DNA of 64,000 nt from positions 86,676,001 to 86,740,000 of the forward strand of contig NW_027266264.1 in NCBI RefSeq assembly GCF_022045235.1, given 5' to 3'. Position 1 is the first letter of the stretch; every line of letters begins with the position of its first letter. This DNA is from Haliotis cracherodii (lineage: Eukaryota). Positions 50,851-64,000 of this stretch are shown here, piece after piece. Both the position numbers and the translations under genes were made by a program. Under the pieces are notes generated by a model. The model ran no database searches, was not told the origin of the DNA, and saw only the letters and a list, made by a program, of their open reading frames with translations.

Positions 50851-51406
50851 ACAAGAGGCGATTAATACTCTGTTTGAGTTGTCGACAACACTATGCACCT
50901 GTCTCGCTGAAACGAAAAGCATTGCCCCGACACCCCCTTCTCAGGAGTAGACTCGCCTGCCCGACAGTTCGAGCGATTATACATCGCCGCATGTGGTACA
51001 ATCCCATTTGAGTTTTTCGCCGATGCGAGGAATACTGTTTTAGCGAGCGTGGAACCATACGGCAGTATCGCACCGTTAACGGACTGGGCCGACGGCTAGG
51101 AACACAGATTCAAAGGGAAAAAAGTGGAATATTTCATTTTATCAGTTTGACGAGATTTCGGTCTGTGTTGAGCTTGGATGTGCTCCAGCAGTGGCCGATA
51201 TGTAACCGACGCTGTGTCATTCCATGGAGCACCAGGGAAGCGACGTTTTAACCAAAATGTTGGAACTAAGCTGGAAGAGATTCCTGGCTTATTGAGAAGG
51301 CAATAAGCTCTACAGGAGCAATCAATAGTCCTCGCTGTCCCTACCATCGGATTAACATAGTCGTAGTAATTGGAAGTTTTAATATACCAGTGCCATTTCT
51401 GTGAAA

Positions 51407-51461
51407 ATGTTGGAAGAACTAAGGCTGTTGTTTCACCTCTTCTTCGTCGTGGTCGTCACAG
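51407..51461 (+). CDS. Putative first coding exon of a secreted or membrane protein (signal peptide)
   Basis: AAAATG start context; MLEELRLLFHLFFVVVVT(G) with a hydrophobic core; ends at a strong phase-1 donor ACAG|GTAGGT. Confidence 0.6.
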
Positions 51462-51883
51462 GTAGGTACTGCATGTTTAATTGGGACTGTCATGGGTACA
51501 TGTGTAACGAGCTGGTGGTTAGAAACACTTTATCCTGGTATGGTCAGGTACACAACGCTTGTGGCTCAACATGCATATATGTATATAGACACAGCAGTTG
51601 CTAACTTGTGCATACTTACTTGTCGTTGGTGGGGATATCAGATTATTTTCCGCATCGTGTGATGCACTCATTCTGTGTTGCGTGAAATAAACAGCCGCTT
51701 ACTCTGAATGTTAGCACATGTTATTTAGCAACGTAGGAATTTCATATCAACTAAGTGGCTGTGACTTACTTGTGGAAGTCCTGTCGGTAGAAAAAACCAG
51801 CTGTCAGTACCTAATTCGAGTTGTGACGACTAGAGACCAGATGATAGTACCTGACATTGGGAGCATCTGTAATCTGATTAACC

Positions 51884-51914
<31 letters not shown>

Positions 51915-52149
51915 CGGGCCAACGCCTTCCACCACCTCCCTACCCAGTGTGTAACCCCCCCCCACCCCTCGTTCCCGTTGGTTTCGTGTGTACCCTCTGT
52001 GTATTTTTGTAGTCAAGTAGGATATATTTCATCGGACATAAGGGGTGGAGTGATTATGGAGAATACTATCTGACATAACGGGTGGATAGGGTGCGTTTTG
52101 TTATACTGTGCATGACGAACAAAGGTGGATTAGGTTTGAAGTCGAACTC

Positions 52150-52425
52150 TGTGGAGAACGGGTAGATTGGTTAGGTAGTTAGCCCTTTGAAGGTATATTG
52201 GTTATGTTGGATAGCACTGTCGAGAACGGGTAGATTGGTTATGTAGTTCAGCACTTTGAAGGTAGATTGGTTATATTGGATAGCACTGTCGAGAACGGGT
52301 AGATTGGTTAGGTAGTTAGCCCTTTGAAGGTATATTGGTTATGTTGGACTGCTCTGTCGAGAAGGGGTAGATTGGTTATGTAATTATAACTTTGAAGGTA
52401 GATTGGTTATGTGGGGTAGCACTGT
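52150..52425. repeat. ~68-bp tandem repeat (4 copies, two related halves)
   Basis: GAGAACGGGTAGATTGGTTA..CTTTGAAGGTA(G/T)ATTGGTTAT.. Confidence 0.85.
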
Positions 52426-55212
52426 GCAGGACGGGTGGAATGCGGGTGTGTAGACGTAACCAGGGATTACGCCGACCGAGAACTGCCATGTTCTCTAGAC
52501 ACAGAGGATCGGTGGCTTTTTTCTCTTAAATTATCAGCAAGGTTATTTTTTAGCCTTCATAATAATCCTCACTTTTAGTATACCCAACAGTGAGAACATT
52601 GACTGTTTGTTGTAACATACACGCATGCAGATGTGCTCAAAACCAGACATGCCTGGGTATTCGTTGTATTATAAGAAAACAATTCGCCCACTTTAAACAT
52701 TTACTGTTTTTCTTCAGTATTTTATGGGCGGCTCCGTCCATGCCCACTAGTTTTTACAAGGTGGATAATTTCAGAAATGATTTTAGAATGAAAATTACGA
52801 GACAAAAATATAGTATAATTTAATTGTTAATTTTATTTTTAACCGGCAGTATCTGTTTTATCTTTCGCTCTTATGTAAAAAGATGTTGGTTCTTGTCTGT
52901 AGGTCGCTACTAAACGTAAGTTCCCCGCGAACGCCGTGTACGGATTGTGTACAGTGTGTGTACGGTGTGTGTACGTCGTGTGTACGGCGTGTTACATCAC
53001 GCTGGGGTTTCGGTATTATATACTCCCCACACTCTACAGTAAATCTCGTAAGATGCGTGGCAGCTTATTGTCTGAATCTGGGGATGACAAATAAATTGAT
53101 TTGACCCGAACCCACGACGGGAGGGATTACAGGACCCAGTACCAAGGCAATAAGCATCACTTGTGTTACAAGACATATTGGTGTGATGGTTTCTATATAA
53201 TATACATGAGGGGGTTGTATTGAACAACCGACAGAAAAATGGAGTCCCAAATAGAAGCACAATTGTATTATTTACCGATCAATTGTGAAGCAATGCCCCA
53301 TGCTTCAGAAGTCAGGGCATGAAATATACATTTATACACAATGTAGATTTCGGTAATTGACAGACTTATTACCAATCGATAACAGATAAAAGGTTTTCTA
53401 CGCAGAGAAATTGTGACATTTGACAGTCCGTTAGACATTTCTAGCCGTCCGCAATAAAACCTTTAAAACGAAAGATAAAAAGACAAGGATTGTGTTTATT
53501 ATGTTTAATCTCTTGCTGGGTTTACGACCTGTGAAGGTTGTCTGCCAACAATCTTATAAATTGTTAAATTCTCGAGGTGTTGATATCCAGATTCGGCGAT
53601 CAAATATCTTGAGTAATGACGGGAGTAAGTGTCTATCTCTGAGTACCGTCTAACAATAGGCGGCGACAGATGATCCCCACCTCCTCCTTGCCCATCCCTA
53701 CTGTCTGTTTCCAGTAATCATACCTACCTATCCCAACCTCGGAGATTGGTCCCAAACTTAACACTCAGGCCGGTGCTATATATTACGCTTTTCCCCCTTA
53801 ATCAAAGTTTGGTCACCTATGGTGATTCTATTAGACTGTCGCCGCTGTTTAATCAGATGTCTCGAGTTGGCAGGGAGCGTCCACCGTGTAGGGCTGGTGA
53901 GAAGCGTTAACCCCCGGTCACAAACTTACTTAGCCAGCAGTCGGAATCACACCTTACCATGTCATAACAATTAGACGACTCTTCGTTGGATTATTCGACA
54001 TATATATCTAAATTTTATTAGCAAATAGAGCTTCATGTCTTCCACAGCTCGAAATAACATTGGTTGATTACTGTTTGTATAACAGTGTGGACCAGTTTGT
54101 ACTCTGGGATGTGGTTATTTGATGTGAGGGTCGGGCGACGGACCCCCTCCCCCCCCCCCCCCCCCCCCCCGATTCGGTTGCTTACAATCAAATACTTACA
54201 AAAGTCTGTGCTTGAAGAAATGGCCCCTATGTGAATGTCTAATTAACGCTGCTCATTACTGGTGAAAATGTCGCAGGATCATTAGACGTGTGATTGATGT
54301 ACTGTTTACTACATTCATTTGGACTTTATCGTTGTTTAAGCTTTGTTAGTTGTGTTTTCATATGCGTTATTAAAACGTGGATATATACGATCGATAGATA
54401 TTCCAACTTTCAACGAGGTTCTTAAAGAGCAAACTTATGGATTACGTGTAAGGTAATTGGTGTTTGGGGATGATTTAGCCAGCACAATCGCCTGTTTTAA
54501 ATCAAATTGATTAGTTTTTAATTAAGTTGGGGTCTGCTATGTATTGATTGTAGCTAGAATGTCACTCAGTTTAGGGAATCTATTTGTACGCAGTAAAGAG
54601 CAAATACTGGACTAACACGATCACCAAGGCACGGTTTACGATAGAAAACACATATATCACGCAATATTTGAATCAACGCGAAATTTATTTGCCATAAAAA
54701 TATTTTGAATCAGCAGTAAATTTAGTAATCTTTTAACTCTCTGGTTTATAGTATTGCTACTTTAAGAAAAATAAGGTTATGTTATTAGTGTATGGTTTCA
54801 ACAAAAAATTTTTTTTTACTCGTGTGAATTTTGACAGGGTGACTCGACTGCTATCTGTTCCGAACCGCATGTAGGACGGCGGGTATTCTCATGCACGACA
54901 GCTGTCCTGAGGATACGGCCCTCTGTGAAGTTAACCCGAAATATAGTTACTGTTCCGGAAAATGTATGTGATAGTTTAAGGACGCCAGGTTATTAGCAGC
55001 GAGTAGTGAACATTCCCCCGCCACCACGCATCGCGGTATCCATGTTGAGAGTGCACGGGATCTTGGGTGTTGGAAAATCACTGACAGCGTCAGATTAACC
55101 AACGTAGCAGAACAGAACGTCATATTTTGTTATTTTCCGATCACAATGTGTTGCATTTGTATTTCAATGCAACTTTACAGAGCATGACATGAAACGACAC
55201 AATCTAGTTGAT

Positions 55213-55432
55213 ATATATTTTGTTAATAGTACAAGTCATATTATCATATATTTTGTTAATAGTACAAGTCATATTATTAGATATTTTGTTAAGAGAACAA
55301 GTAATATTAGTACATATTTTGTTAATAGTACAAGTCATATTATTATAAATTTTGTTAATAGTACAAGTCATATTATTATATATTTTGTTAATAGAACAAG
55401 TCATATTAATATATAATTTGTTAATAGTACAA
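55213..55432. repeat. 33-bp AT-rich minisatellite
   Basis: ATATTTTGTTAATAGTACAAGTCATATTAT.. x6-7. Confidence 0.9.
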
Positions 55433-56258
55433 ATGACACTTACATACAGGGCCTGTATGTTTTTTTCTATTATTAATAATTGAGCGTAATATACTAAATT
55501 CTCACAGATCACTTTCATTATTGAACAAGCCAAATTGATATATTTGGCTTATTGTCTTTACAGGACTTCGGTAACAGTTATTTCCTGTACCACATGTTCA
55601 GATTTAATATTCCCATTTCGAGAAGTGTTGACTTTCATATCTGTTCCCATATAGTCTACCCGCCACTACTAACTCATGCGAAGGGCGACTTTTTGCGACA
55701 ATCTGCTGATAGTGCTATCCCCTGCCGTCGAGGAATTTAACCGTCTCACCTGCCATGCAGTCAAAGTTTATTGCCACAATCGTAGCATATGTTTGACATG
55801 TTTTATGTGAATAAACCTTTTCGGCAAATTCAATTTCGTTAAAAAAGAATTCAAACAGCTAGGCTGTTTACACCTGATTAATTGTGTCTACTGTCTACTC
55901 ACCAGAGGCCTGATTAATTGCATCTACTGTCTACTCACCAAGCCAACGGCTGAAGGATTTTGGGGAGAGAGAAAGAGAGAAAGAAAGAAAGAGAGAAATA
56001 TTTTATTCAGATGTCTAGCGTGTTTAACAAAGTAACATCATAAAAACATATCACATTGTACCCCCGGTTAGTTAGGGCCTATTAGACACCAGTTACCGTA
56101 AAACGGTCAATAATAATAAAAGCAGTAATAATGCTAAACTAATACAAATACCCTATGTTTATAGCTTTATAGTTAATAACAGAGCGAGGGGAAACAACTA
56201 TGATCTGTTGTTTTGTCGACGCCGTCAACGTTCTGTAGCTGAGTGGGGAATCGGACTT

Positions 56259-56460
56259 GTTTGTTTATTTGCTTGTTTAACGCCGCACGCAGGAATTTTC
56301 CAGCTATACGACGGCGGTCTGTAAATTATCGAGTCTGGACCAGACAATCTGGTGATTGATATTATGAGCATCGATCCACGCAACTGGGATACGATGACAT
56401 GTATCAACCAAGTCAGCGAACCTGACCACCCGACCCCGTTAGTCGCCGAATCTTTACGGG
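56259..56460 (-). mobile_element. SINE-like family A
   Basis: Tail and body match; head partly deleted. Confidence 0.85.
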
Positions 56461-56569
56461 TCGGATACCGATTTAGTGTCATTCTTGCCGTCATGTATAC
56501 ATGATATTGTTCTTGACCACCAAGCCGGATGATTGTTTCTACAAGTAACGGAGCAACTGTAGATTATGA

Positions 56570-56743
<174 letters not shown>

Positions 56744-57769
56744 TAAATTTATGGTACGTGATAATGCCGTTGTGACGTTAAACCTTTGACTCAACACTGT
56801 GATGCTGAATATTTAAGTTGTGATATTGATCTATCGATTTTCCATTTCGTTGTACACGTGTATTGTCTTGACTTACCGTTGACTCTCTGACCTGGTAACA
56901 TAAAAGGATAACATAGTATAAAAATATACGCCGAACCTTCTACCGTCAACAAATAAAATCGAATATAAATTGTTAACTGCTTGTGGTAATGTTGATGTAA
57001 AGCGAACAGCCTGTAGCAGATAATTTCATGCATGGAGAACCGCAGGTTTGTCAGAACGACCTTGGATGTAACAGCAGGACGCCCTTGTCATCACCTCCCG
57101 ATCGCCTTCATTGACCGTTGCCTCCACCTCATCAATTAAATAGTAGAGAAAATACTAATTTAACGTTAACGCTATGCCTTTAACATTGCCTCGCGTGGCC
57201 TCGCGCCTTCCCTTGCACTCTCGTGTTACTGACCTGGCGATGTAAACCCTTTGTGTGGACACAGGCTTTAGATTCCACGAGAATATCACATTTGTCCTTA
57301 CGTTGAGGTTTAATTGAGCTATTTCACCCATAAATCAGACACTTTGGGTTTTATTGATTTCTTGGCTGGGTTTAAGTAGTTCAGTTTTGTATAAAAACTA
57401 TTTCCGACTGTACCTCAAATCCGACTTTCTATGCTAAATGACAACGCGCTTTAGGTTTATCACCACCCCACCCACAAAACATGGGCCACTGGCATAGTTT
57501 CTGTGTTGCATGCAGGCGAAATAGTGTTTTGAGAGAGCTGTGTTGAAATCTGTTTGGTAGCGGCATCTCAGGAAAGCACTCAAACAGGTTTCCTTGCCTG
57601 CAAATGTGTGAAAGTACATTGAATATAACTGCTTGAGAGCATAGGTAATCTTACTAACTCGGGGTTGGGATGGCGCACCCCTCGAGGTAGTAGAAGGGCT
57701 CGTCTCTCAACGTCAACATAACGTCTACACAAAACGTTACCTCTACGCGTGACGTCTACACGTTACTAT

Positions 57770-58032
57770 GTGGTCTGTGTCTAGGACGTACATATTGGGT
57801 AGATGGTCTGTGTCTGGAAAATGCATAATGGGTAGGTGGTCTGTCTAGAACGTACATATTGGGTAGATGGTCTGTGTCTGGAAAATGCATAATGGGTAGG
57901 TGGTCTGTCTAGAACGTACATATTGGGTAGATGGTCTGTGTCTGGAAAATGCATAATGGGTAGGTGGTCTGTCTAGAACGTACATCACGGGAAGGTGGTC
58001 TGTGTCCAGGAATTACATTTGGGTAGGTGGTC
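57770..58032. repeat. ~64-bp dimeric tandem repeat
   Basis: GGTCTGTGTCTGGAAAATGCATAATGGGTAGGTGGTCTGTCTAGAACGTACATATTGGGTAGAT, three or more copies. Confidence 0.9.
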
Positions 58033-58371
58033 ATATACACACGGATTCAGATAGGGTACCCTCAAAAGCGTATTTCTCGTAATTGTGGATTTACAGATGT
58101 ATACTTTAAGCCCAAATTGGATGATTAAATGAAAAGGAATGTTAAGTTGCTTGTTCGTAACCATTGCCATGAACCGCTAGTGAGCGTATCAACCATAGTG
58201 AATAGTCGCTTGATCGCCTTATCGCTTATCTGTAAGTACGTTATGTTCCCACGACAAAGTCGCTTATGATGTAATCGCTTGGCATATTACGCATTCAAAC
58301 TGATATTATCCTATTTACGTGTCCTTATTTACACGTTCACTTATCTGCGCACACAGTGACAGACATAAGAA

Positions 58372-58688
58372 CGCCGTGGGGTTTCCCGGTGAGAAATAAT
58401 TAGTCCCTCTGCTGGTCGTAAGAAGCGAATTCCTGATACGGGTGGTGGTCAGCTGCGGTCATTGGGTTGATTGTGTCAACGCACCCTGACTGCGATTCTT
58501 TGACTTGATTATTTACAAGCCGCCGTCTAGACTAAAACTATGAAAACATTTCTTTATAATAAATGTATTTTTCTTTTCACAACACCCTTTACTCTTCTGC
58601 TGAATATACATTATATATATTCAGCATACTTGGCGCAGGACTAGCCGCCGTCATATAGCTGGAATGTTGCTAAAAATCACTCACTCAA
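58372..58688 (+). mobile_element. Old family A-related copy with a 115-bp nested insert
   Basis: GGTCGTAAGAAGCGA..GGGTGGT..GATTATTTACAAGCCGCCGTC[insert]AGCCGCCGTCATATAGCTGGAAT.. Confidence 0.65.
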
Positions 58689-59557
58689 AATGGCACACTC
58701 ACACATTATAACACATTCAAGGTATTACTGGGTATTCTTTAATGGCATGGTCACTTGATACCCATCGCAGGACGAGTGACAGTCACATGCGCGGCTCAGT
58801 AACTTTTCGTCACAACAGCTGTGAACATCTCTATGCATATCAATGACGAAATGCGAGACCCTAATGAATATCTGGTTTTGTTACGAAGCTGTTACATTGC
58901 TATGAATATGTCCATATTGTGTCTCTCTCTGAGTATTGATAATTTGTTTAGAGGAATTCAAATGTCATTAAAACATTCTTAAAATTGTTGGTATTTCTGT
59001 ACGCATGGAGTATCAGCGTGAATCATTTATTTACATCGCATCATTGCAGTGAATATTAATATTGTATTATTATGGTATAATGTTACAATAATGAACTTGT
59101 CGAGTCCAGGCACGTGTTGTTTGTGCGTGAACGGGATAGACGATAAGCTCCGTTCAGCGACGAGGAAGATAAACTCCGTACATCGCGGAGGGTGCACGAC
59201 TTTAGCGTTATCTGTGAGTCGGAAGCAAGAATCTGCCATCGTGGCATCACACAGGCACGGACTGTAGGTTGAATCCCTTTTAATATAGCACCCCTCCACT
59301 GGGGTACATGTAGATGTGAAGCTTGCTAAGTGTCAGCGGAGACTTATACGAAGCTAATCGTAATGGGTTGATAGTATACGTGAGTTACTGTTGCCATGGT
59401 GACGTTAAGTCTGACCTGACACTGTGATGGGGCCGAGAAGGGGGTGGGGGATGTGATTTTGATACGACATGGTTGGTATGTAATTGTTACAGCGAAACCG
59501 ATTAGAATGACCGTTGGGTCACAGATTTTTAAATTATTCCAAATGACTGGTCTATCG

Positions 59558-59820
59558 GTTGGTTGGTTGGTTGGTTTGTTGTTTAACGCCGCAATATTCC
59601 AGCTATATGACGGCGGTCTGTGAATAATCGAGTCTGTACCAGGCAATCCAGTGATTGACATCATGAGCATCGATCCATCCAATGACATACATCAACCAAG
59701 TCAGCGAGCCTGACCACCCGATCCCGTTAGTCGCCTTTTACGACAAGCATAGTCGCCTTTTACGGCAAGCATGGGTTGGACTAGGTCAAGACCTATTCTA
59801 CCCCAGAATCTTCACGGGCC
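59558..59820 (-). mobile_element. SINE-like family A
   Basis: Near full-length match on the reverse strand. Confidence 0.9.
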
Positions 59821-59970
59821 ACTGGTCTATCGGTCCTCCATCTTAATACAACATTATATTAGTAATGAGTATAATTCGCGGCCCAGCATTATACTCTGTT
59901 TGGACAGATTCATTACAGTTGATTTAGCAGCGTAAGTTTGGCTTTTTTATTCATTGATTTATCTCTAAAG

Positions 59971-59991
59971 GTTTTGTACCTGGAAATACAG
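59971..59991 (+). CDS. Candidate 21-nt phase-1 micro-exon of the 51407 gene
   Basis: T-rich tract..TAAAG|GTTTTGTACCTGGAAATACAG|GTAAGA; would continue in frame as G-F-V-P-G-N-T; the AAG acceptor is weak. Confidence 0.25.
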
Positions 59992-61954
59992 GTAAGAAGT
60001 GGTTATTCGTCATCAACATCAAAAATATATTTACTTTTATAATTACAAAATCTTTACGCACTTTTCATTCTGTCTTAAAGACTTGTTTCAATACGTTTTG
60101 ACTCTTCATTCTATTCACATGAAAACTTAAGTAAACAGTTCCATGTGTTTAAAGGTTTGAACCAGTAACGTATTACATTTCTAGAAATGAACAACGGATG
60201 TCGACCAAGTTCACCATAAACTGCAGCAGTATAGGACTTATATACAACCTATTTACAACCTGTTAAATGTACACGTTCAAGTGCTAACACGTGAACCGCT
60301 CCTACGTTTCGCAACTACAGTGCTTATTGGGTGTAACAAAAGAATGAAATAACTGGCAACACTGTCTAGTGTAAAATCACATTTCTGTAAATTATGTAAG
60401 AGGTTGTTCATAGCTTTCAATGCCTTTTCTGCCAATGTGCTACCTTACATTTTCCAAAACAAGAAATTATTGTAGATCAGTAATTAAGTGCGTCAACTGT
60501 CTGCAACACCAGCGGCAGCGAACAGTGCTGCGGGACAAGGTAACCATTGATGATCATGAAGAGAGACTGACAAAGACCTCATTAGGCAAGGAGAAGACTG
60601 TAGCCCAGTCCCGTTCTGTGTTGCTCTTTATACCGCCACACCACGACAAGAAGGCCGACTGAGGCCTATCAAAGGGTATGCAGTCATCTGGCACGACTGT
60701 GGTGCAATACGCAGTCTTTTGTCCATTTCCACACCGTAATTGGGCAGCCAAAAGGAAAGTCTGAATAATATTTTTGGACAGTTCATCGGTTTTTGTGGTG
60801 GCAATATCCTCGCATGTGTATTTCCTTCGTCATCCCGGCTACTTGCAAAGACAGGGTATTAATATCTCGTGGCAGGTATTAACGGGATATGAGATTGATA
60901 CACGAATTATTCACACATCGTCAGTCCTATTGACCAGACTCAACATCAATATCGTCAGTTTACGGTCAGATGTCAACAGGGACTTGACAAAGGCATTTAT
61001 CGTCTCTTACAACACGAGAGAACATCCACTGTCGGAACTAGACTTTTACAAGTCTCAAAGCCAATAATTATTAGTTAAAATCACAATTTCTAGATTATGT
61101 AAATAATAAGAACCAATTATCGCTATGAAAGACTATGAGTCCTAAGACTGCCCACATATCTAGACTTGCCTATTAGGAGGATAGAATTATTACACATCTA
61201 TGGACATTTCCTCAGGACAGCCTTGGAGCAAGGCTAGTGGTAGGACTGCGCTGTCTGATAAGGGTACACATTATTCCTTGTTAGCCACTAGACCTTGAGC
61301 ACGGACTGTTGGTTCCGACTAATATCTTACCATAACACCCAGCCGGCCTGAACAGACAGTTTCATCACCAATGTTCACTGTCACGTGATCTGAGGGAGAA
61401 GACTCCGGAAAAGAACAAATTGCTTGAGAGTTCTGACCATATCCGACAACGATACACTGAACATCAGCGAAGGATGAGGTTTTGGGGGAATAGCGAGAGC
61501 TAAGGACTTGGATTACGGAACCATCGTCGAAATATTTTTAAAGCGTGAAATAAAGTTACATTATACTATAAATCGATTTATGAAGGAAGTAGCTCTTTGA
61601 TGTATTTCCAGCGATCCATGCAAATTATTTCACTCTTACGATCATAATTGTGAGGCATCATTTCTATAAGGACACTCGGTATTATTTTTTAGAAAGAAAA
61701 ACTTCCGTACATAAAGACATAACGGCACTCTAGGTAGGTTGCAAGCACGCGCTGAGGAGCAGTGTCAGAGACATGTAGCTGTTAAATGCTTGGCAATAAG
61801 TGCCAGGCGGGTCATGCCCCGGACATGCCGGCTAGATTAAGGTTCTATTCCAATATTGCAACAGATTCCCACAAACTGTGTTTGTGTGTCCCTCTCGTGA
61901 TGTGGATTCACAGCTGCTGTGTAGGGCTAAGGCAACATCCATCGACCATCAAAT

Positions 61955-63085
61955 CCCCTCAATATGAAGGACACCCTTTCACACCAAGGCACAATTAGAC
62001 ACCCCCTTCTATCCCCGTCAATCGGAGGGACACCCTTTTACATCCTTCTGTCCCCGTCAATATGAAGGACACCCTTTCACACCAAGGCACAACCAGACAC
62101 ACCCTTCTATCCCCGTCAATCGGAGGGACACCCTTTTACATCCTTCTGTCTCCGTCAATCGGAGGGATACCCTTTCACACCAAGGCACAACCAGACACCC
62201 CCTTCTATCCCCGTCAATCGGAGGGACACCCTTTCACATCCTTCTGTCTCCGTCAATCGGAGGGATACCCTTTCACACCAAGGCACAACCAGACACCCCC
62301 TTCTATCCCCGTCAATCGGAGGGACACCCTTTTACATCCTTCTGTCTCCGTCAATCGGAGGGATACCCTTTCACACCAAGGCACAACCAGACACCCCCTT
62401 CTATCCCCGTCAATCGGAGGGACACCCTTTTACATCCTTCTGTCTCCGTCAATCGGAGGGATACCCTTTCACACCAAGGCACAACCAGACACCCCCTTCT
62501 ATCCCCGTCAATCGGAGGGACATCCTTTCACATCCTCCTGTCTCCGTCAATCGGAGGGACACCTATTTACACCGAGGTACAATTAGACATCCCCTTAAAT
62601 CCCCGTCAAGGGGGCACGGGTGGCCAAGTGGTCTAAGGCGCCGCGATTCGCTGTGCAGAGTTGCGTCCCTTGGTCACACCATAAACCTATGATTGTGGGA
62701 TCGAATCCCGGTTCGCCCTGATTATGTTTCTAGGTTTGTCAGCACCATACCCGTGCTCGTGGGTTTCACCGAAGTGGTAAACGTCTGAGACCTGCATCAC
62801 TTCGGGCTTTCCTCCCACATTAAGCTGACACGCCGCGATATAACTGGAAAACTGTTAAAAGCGGCGTTAAATCCAACTCACTCACTCACTATCCTCGTCA
62901 ATCGGAGGGACACTCCTTCACACCAAGGCACAATCAAACACCCCGTACAAACCCCGTCAATCGGACTGACACCCTTTCATAGTCACACCCTTCTATCCCC
63001 GTCAATCGGACTGACGCCCTTTCACACCCTTCTGGCCCCATCAAACCGAGTGACACCCATTCACATCAAAGCACAACCAGACACC
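61955..63085. repeat. 98-bp dimeric minisatellite
   Basis: Two subunits, each starting CCGTCAATCGGAGGGA; decays after the SINE insertion. Confidence 0.93.
62610..62890 (+). mobile_element. Near-intact tRNA-derived SINE family C
   Basis: A box GTGGCCAAGTGG, B box GGATCGAATCCC, shared tail plus (ACTC)n; flanks ATCCCCGTCAA / ATCCTCGTCAA. Confidence 0.9.
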
Positions 63086-63799
63086 ACCCCTAGGAACACA
63101 CGTAGACGCACATCAACACCCCGGACACGCCCTACGTAACCCCGGGCGCCTATGCAATCAGCCCATTAATGGTCACCAGAAAGATAAAGTCCCTCTGACC
63201 TGAGCTTTTATTGTGAACCCTCTAGCCAATGCCTTCAGTGAGGTATTAACCGCCGACCTCAGTTTCATGTCTTATTCATCAGCTGGTTGTTGCAATTATC
63301 GGCAAGTGTTACAACGGCGGTGACGAGCTGAGAATTTCCTAGTTCACCATGTTCAGTGTCTAAACCAGTAACACACATCAGTATGCCGACATCTGTTCAC
63401 CTATACATCCTATGCAAATTGCTCCTTTGTTAATTTCGTATAGAATGATGAGGCAATTACATACAATGAAGCAGACATCAAATAAGAAGTGTGATGCGAT
63501 ATGCACTTGTTGCTGTATGTTGTCCACACGCCTTCAGGCAATGCATTACTTATAGGTAAATTGTAGTAATTGGAAAGACTTGATAAGGTTACGGAACACT
63601 TAGTGAGCTCCGTGGTCTACAAGCCACTTCACAATCTTTATTGTACTTGTACTTTTAGTTTTGGCGCAAGGCTGAATCCGCTTGCCGTTGACAACGTACT
63701 CGCGAAGATGTTGACGCAGTCGAATACTAGTATGTCGCGTCAATTTGTCTAAACATTAGACTTTTATGTTAACGTTTTCAACAACGATGGGAGGACATT

Positions 63800-63927
63800 T
63801 TTTTTGGAAAGGAGTGGGTTGGTGAGTGCACAACTTTTTGGATAGGAATGAGTCGATTGGAGCACAGCTTTTTGGAAAGGAGTTGGTCGGTGGGTGCACA
63901 GTTTTTTGGAAAGGAGTGGGTCGGTGG
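63800..63927. repeat. ~35-bp tandem repeat
   Basis: TTTTTGGAAAGGAGTGGG..GTGCACA x4. Confidence 0.8.
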
Positions 63928-64000
63928 TAGTCCTGCACCATGACCGTGGAATATATTTATTTCATGAAAAAATAATAATCTAAAAATGCATACAAAAGCA

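Noticed and set aside
52903-52915. 13-nt micro-exon (TGTAG|GTCGCTACTAAAC|GTAAGT)
   Set aside because: It would introduce TAA immediately after the signal-peptide exon; probably a chance motif
61955-62600. CRISPR-like pattern of a constant CCGTCAATCGGAGGGA motif with intervening segments
   Set aside because: The intervening segments are themselves repeated (dimeric satellite); no cas genes; eukaryotic context
62610-62720. Functional tRNA gene (also the family B heads)
   Set aside because: No proper acceptor stem; continues into a SINE body and tail with TSD-like flanks and has several decayed paralogs

Overview
This window is eukaryotic, repeat-rich, mostly non-coding animal DNA with two assembly gaps (32884-33091, 44430-44580). 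The SINE repertoire and the Penelope-type RT suggest a mollusc, possibly an abalone-like gastropod, but this is inference only. Most long ORFs in the track are artefacts of mini/microsatellites. Mobile elements: one full-length but inactivated DD34E Tc1 transposon (10037-11641) with ~283-bp TIRs and a micro-inversion of its 3' coding end; a second, decayed Tc1; a decayed Penelope-like RT; a LINE ORF2 C-terminal remnant; and small MITEs. Short retroposed repeats: about 14 copies of a non-tRNA SINE-like family (A) whose 5' head can fold into a pseudoknotted, ribozyme-like structure, plus tRNA-derived SINE families (B, C) that share family A's 3' tail. About 15 tandem arrays are present. The only likely host gene is a CpG-rich promoter with a signal-peptide first coding exon at 51407-51461 (+); the rest of the gene probably lies beyond the window. 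No CRISPR array, rRNA or convincing functional tRNA gene was found.
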